Below are positions 59,671 to 64,000 of a DNA stretch of 64,000 nucleotides, in pieces (the first letter of the stretch is position 1; the number at the start of each line of letters is the position of its first letter). The stretch spans positions 6,138,001-6,202,000 of the forward strand of contig NC_134031.1 of assembly GCF_964204645.1 (NCBI RefSeq), read 5' to 3'. The DNA is from Tubulanus polymorphus. Taxonomy: Eukaryota; Animalia; Nemertea. Position numbers and translations under genes: made by a program. Under the pieces are notes generated by a model. It searched no databases. It saw nothing but the letters and a program-made list of their open reading frames with translations, and was not told the DNA's origin.

Positions 59671-60691
59671 TTAATATGTGTGGAGTATCTCGTGATAAAT
59701 TCTGGGTATTATTCCGTTTACGAAGCCAGTTGATCATGCTAGGCTTCTTGGCGTTCTATTCAATTGGGGCGAGACAGATGCTAAAACTCCAACTAAGTGC
59801 TTCATTTTGGACAGAATTCGCAAGGCCTGGATATGTGCTTACTTTTGATGAAGATATGTTAAAGTGCTTGAAAGTGCTACTTTTTGACCTGGACGCAATC
59901 TGAAAAATTTCTGAGCATTTCATAATAATTGTGACGTATATCCTAGTACATGAATGACATGAGTGATTTGTGCAGGTTATTGATATTTTTTGACAAATCA
60001 CGTGGGTGCGATTCATTCAAAAGTGGTGAATTATAAAAGTGCATAAACCATGATTCATCTTCTGCTCCCTTGCTATTCACTAGCACTGTAGCATATTTTG
60101 TTCATAAGCTATGTCTACACTAGCTCGCCAAACCCCCGTTTTGGAAAACGTTTTTGATGGTTGATTGTAAAGCTCGATAACTTTCGATAACTTATTGAAT
60201 TTGAGTGTCGGTTTACCATCTACTACACTGGACATATCGGCCCCACTCCGCGCGGTTGCGCCACTGCGCGGGATTTACGCGAAGCAGCAGAACACAGACA
60301 TGGCCACTCTCTCAATTTTCAACGATAGAAATCGTGTGTGCATTTCAATTATTTCGGCTGTTAGGGTTTTAAGGCACAATATAAGTTGATGATGTGATAT
60401 GGCGATGTTAATTAATTATAATTCCACGGTGAAGCTAGTCACGAACGGTGTCGATTGAGTGTACAGCTGCCAAAAACACTGAAATGCGCGTAGTTGCGTA
60501 ACTATTTTCAGTGAATTACAGACGAAACATGAAGCCTTAACAGCCGTTTAAAAAAAAATTATACCAATCGCAATTGTAAAATAAAAATGAGATAGAACCT
60601 AAGTTAAAATTCTGGCCATTTCTAAAATGTTATTACTAATTTTTAGTCAGTGCGGAACGTTTAGTTTTCCAACAATAATGAGGGGTGGTAG

Positions 60692-61411
60692 TGTGAACGC
60701 CCTACTCCTCCACCGATCGTGAGGGGTAATCAGGGTTCGAACACGTAATTTTAATTATTCGATTCGACAATCCGACGATTCGCTGGTATCTCGTCGCAGC
60801 GGCTTTGTTGGGGTGTACAGCCTTGGCTCCAACCACCAGTAGAAAAGAAATTACTCCGCGGCCTCTCCAACAACCTGCGACAAACAATATTTCATAAATA
60901 GCCAAATATTTATTCATTCATCAACAGTTAGGTAAGTTACCGCCATTCGCGGAATCAATACGATGAATGACCACACTTATACAACATATTCTTTTAACAT
61001 CAATACACATTTAACAATGCATTCATACAAACAAGAACCCGACTCACCTGCGACAAACAATATTTCATAAATAGCCAAATATTTATTCATTCATCAACAG
61101 TTAGGTAAGTTACCGCCATTCGCGGAATCAATACGATGAATGACCACACAAACCCACAACCAGAACATAACCGAGAGGGCGCCACAGGCTGGAGTGTCGT
61201 TCAGAAAACAAAAGATTACTCAACCAATGTCATCTATGAATGTCTGTCACATACTCCCCCAAGCCGTAAAATATCGTCCTCGATATCTCAAAGTGTATCT
61301 GAACAAATCGTACACGAACTGGGACAGCATAAGAAGAAGAATAAAATGTCAAGGCCAACAACAACTGATTTCAGCAGTCAACCACATGATACAATAAACG
61401 ATACAACAACA
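60692..61411 (-). repeat. 3' LTR (about 720 bp) containing a 104-bp exact direct repeat (60873-60976, 61046-61149)
   Basis: Begins TG just after the PPT on the minus strand. Proposed end ...GGGCGTTCACA at 60692 is uncertain because the other LTR lies outside the window. Confidence 0.7.
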
Positions 61412-61498
61412 CGTTCCCTCCCCCTTTTTTTTGGATAGTTTTTTTAATTTTCTTCTTATATCATATTGCATATACTAAACGAGTTTACATGTTACACT

Positions 61499-64000
61499 CT
61501 ACTCTATACCAGTCCGGATCATGTTGGCAAGCGCATCCAACAGTTTAGGATTCTCTAAAACCTCCGGAATTTTCGCATATTCCAGGAACAATTCAATCCT
61601 CCTACGATCCGTCTGCATGTTGAACATTAGAAATTCACCCGAACGCTGCCAAGCCGGGGGTCGTCTCGTCCGCGGTCTTGGCACAGGTCGCTCCTCCGAA
61701 CTAGGACTTGGCTCGTCAACATCCGGTGAAGTTGAAACAGAGGGTGAACTAGCTGGCACGCTATCCACCGACAAAGGGCTCAACGGAGGAGTCTCCACGT
61801 CAACCAGAACTGGATGCTCCACAGAATCGCTTGTTCCCTCAGCTCCCGGTGATTCCGGAACGGAGGCCATTTCCGATCGCACAATCTCCTCAGAAATTGG
61901 AGCTGGAGAAACACTCTCAATGGAACTTCGAGATAACACGGTGTCCGCACCCGCAATCCCAGGCTCAACGACGGGAGGTTCCTCCGCAGTTTCCACTTCG
62001 CGTGAGACAAGTACCCAGTCTTCCTCGTCGGACCCATCGTCCGCTACTTCAGCAACTATTTCCTCTGGCATATTAGTATTACCAACAGCGACTTTCTCCG
62101 AAGTAACATGCTCCGGGTTTGCTTCCTTTACTCGGAATGATTCCTCACTGTCACGCAAAGGAGTAGCCAAAGGTAATAACTTGTTCCTATGCAGAATCCT
62201 CCTACCCCCATCTTCAATTCTTTTTACCTCGTAAACAGGTACATCTCCAGTTACCTTGCTTTCTACGATATAAGGCACCGATTCCCAGCGGTCAGCTAAT
62301 TTATGTCGTTCCCTAAATCCTTCACGCTTGACCAACACCATATCACCGGGCGTTAATTCTGCACTCTTAGCTCTCCTGTCATATAACTCTTTCCGTCTAT
62401 CCCCTTGCCTAGACAAGTGATCTGCTGCCAAATTCCACGCCACTTCCAATTGATTTTCCATCTGCTTCACATACTCTGTTGTCGACGTCACACTTTCTTC
62501 ATTACCCCAACCAAATTTCTTATCAACTGACAGTCTGGGTCTTCTTCCGAACATAAGGTAGAATGGCTCAAAGCCTGTCGACTCGTGGGGCGTACAATTA
62601 TACGCATACACCAATGCATTAATATGCCTCCGCCAGTTTCTCTTTTCCTCGGGCGGCAAACTACCCAGTAGTCGAATCAACGTACCATTAAACCGTTCCA
62701 CAGCACCATTGCCCGCAGGGTGATACGGTGTAGTTCGGGTTTTCCTCATACCGGTCAACTCGCATAACTCCTTGATCACACGACTTTCGAAGGCAGGCCC
62801 CTGATCCGAATGAAGTTGAACAGGCGCTCCGAATTTCAGCACCACTTCGTTGAATAAACACTTAGCCACCGTTCTAGCCGTCTCATTTTTAGTCGGAATA
62901 GCCATCGCAAACTTAGTGAAATGATCGGTCATAACAAGCACCTTTTCGAAACCTTGACTCGGCTCCAATGTTAAAAAATCAATGCACAGTAACTCCATAG
63001 GGTACGATGTCTCAATGCTGACCAGCGGGGCAACTTGTGTAGGCGTCGAAGCCTTCAGCAGCACACAGCGCTTACAACTCTTCAAATATTCCTCGACATC
63101 GGATTTCATTCCGGGCCAATAACATCTTCGTCTCAATAACGCCAACGTTTTGTCACGGCCGGGATGCCCCAACCGATCGTGCAAACAGTCAAGCATCTCC
63201 GCCCTCTCCGAATAGGGCAACCAAACTTTCAGCTCTGACACTCTATTTTCAACAACTCTGCGGTACAAAACATCATCCAGAAGTTCCAGCGACTTAAAAA
63301 CCCGACAGATCCCGTACTCCCATGGCTTAGCTGGCCGGAATCTTGTCTTGGTCCTTAAACAAGAAACAACGCGTCGAATAGTCGGGTCTCGCTCCTGCAA
63401 TTTCCGCATGTCTACCTCTGCTACCCCTCCGGCTTTCGTCACAGGGACTGACGGACTTACGGTACAAATTGCTGCAAAGACGTCAGCAGTGATCCGATTT
63501 AATGGACTTCGACTCAGCGCGTCTGCATCCCGCATATTAGCGCCACTATGGTATTCGAGTTCCAAATCGTACACTGATAAAGCCTGTAGCCAGCGATGTC
63601 CCGTGGCATCCAGTTTCGCAGATTTCAACACATAAGACATGGGGTTCGAATCAGTATGGACACAATATTTGTTACCATACAAGTAATCGTGGAACTTTTC
63701 CGTCGCCGCCCATTTCAGAGCCAGGAACTCAAGCTTGTGCGCAGGATACTTCTTCTCTGAAGCATTCAATCCTCTACTTGCGTAAGCGATTACCTTCTTT
63801 ACTCCCTTTCCATCTGTTTGGTATAGGATCGCACCTAATCCATCATGAGCTGCATCCGTATGAAGCTCGAAGGGTCTATTAAAGTCTGCGAACCCTAAGA
63901 TGGGGCTTGACGTCAACATCTCCTTCAACCTCGTGAATGCGTTTTCTTCATCCTGTCCCCACTGTACCTCAATCCTCCGTTCCGCTGTCTTACGTTTCCC
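61499..64000 (-). CDS. pol: Gypsy Pol polyprotein (RT connection/RNase H, integrase HHCC, DDE core, acidic/Pro-rich tail), 5'-partial
   Basis: Frame is open to the window edge. LHTDA..GLGAILYQ, IAYASR, KLEFLALKWA, HDRLGHPG..CKRC, IDF..TDHFTK, LHSDQG and TTPYHPAGNGAVERFN. Order RH then IN is Gypsy-type. Confidence 0.95.
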   Translation of the reverse strand, partial: GKRKTAERRIEVQWGQDEENAFTRLKEMLTSSPILGFADFNRPFELHTDAAHDGLGAILYQTDGKGVKKVIAYASRGLNASEKKYPAHKLEFLALKWAATEKFHDYLYGNKYCVHTDSNPMSYVLKSAKLDATGHRWLQALSVYDLELEYHSGANMRDADALSRSPLNRITADVFAAICTVSPSVPVTKAGGVAEVDMRKLQERDPTIRRVVSCLRTKTRFRPAKPWEYGICRVFKSLELLDDVLYRRVVENRVSELKVWLPYSERAEMLDCLHDRLGHPGRDKTLALLRRRCYWPGMKSDVEEYLKSCKRCVLLKASTPTQVAPLVSIETSYPMELLCIDFLTLEPSQGFEKVLVMTDHFTKFAMAIPTKNETARTVAKCLFNEVVLKFGAPVQLHSDQGPAFESRVIKELCELTGMRKTRTTPYHPAGNGAVERFNGTLIRLLGSLPPEEKRNWRRHINALVYAYNCTPHESTGFEPFYLMFGRRPRLSVDKKFGWGNEESVTSTTEYVKQMENQLEVAWNLAADHLSRQGDRRKELYDRRAKSAELTPGDMVLVKREGFRERHKLADRWESVPYIVESKVTGDVPVYEVKRIEDGGRRILHRNKLLPLATPLRDSEESFRVKEANPEHVTSEKVAVGNTNMPEEIVAEVADDGSDEEDWVLVSREVETAEEPPVVEPGIAGADTVLSRSSIESVSPAPISEEIVRSEMASVPESPGAEGTSDSVEHPVLVDVETPPLSPLSVDSVPASSPSVSTSPDVDEPSPSSEERPVPRPRTRRPPAWQRSGEFLMFNMQTDRRRIELFLEYAKIPEVLENPKLLDALANMIRTGIE

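Larger units (their letters stand above)
60692..64000 (-). mobile_element. Ty3/Gypsy LTR retrotransposon (3' part), antisense within a presumed SLC7A intron
   Basis: Uninterrupted pol 3' half, a polypurine tract (about 61414-61432) and a 3' LTR starting TGTTG at 61411. Confidence 0.93.

Overview
AT-rich, intron-containing genomic DNA from a metazoan invertebrate; the species cannot be determined from sequence alone. Exons are strikingly CpG-rich. I reconstructed eight host genes by hand, in near-perfect strand alternation: a giant terminal exon of a PRDM2/RIZ-like zinc-finger protein (+, <1-4989), WDR33 (-, 16 coding exons, 967 aa), SSU72 (+, 5 exons, one U12-type intron), a C11orf98 homologue (-, 4 exons, one GC-AG intron), AGPAT1/2 (+, 6 exons), COMMD8 (-, intronless CDS), a ZFP91/ZNF653-like C2H2 gene (+), and the 5' part of a cationic amino-acid transporter SLC7A1-3 (+). 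An antisense Gypsy LTR retrotransposon follows the last visible SLC7A exon and runs off the right edge. Introns carry many MITEs (piggyBac-, Tc1/mariner-, hAT- and Harbinger-like). Most notable: (i) two mRNA 3'-end processing factors, WDR33 and SSU72, sit head-to-head about 0.5 kb apart, and WDR33 intron 6 has a weak donor, a read-through hydrophobic tail and five clustered AATAAA signals, suggesting an autoregulatory, possibly membrane-anchored short isoform; (ii) a TSD-flanked perfect 89-bp palindrome encodes two minimal hammerhead ribozymes with a compensatory U3-A8 core; (iii) two unexplained 340-410-nt multi-helix elements lie in C11orf98 introns; (iv) inverted MITEs bracket frame-symmetric SLC7A exons; (v) an LTR duplication forms a precise intron. 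All homology statements come from my recollection of protein families, not from database searches.
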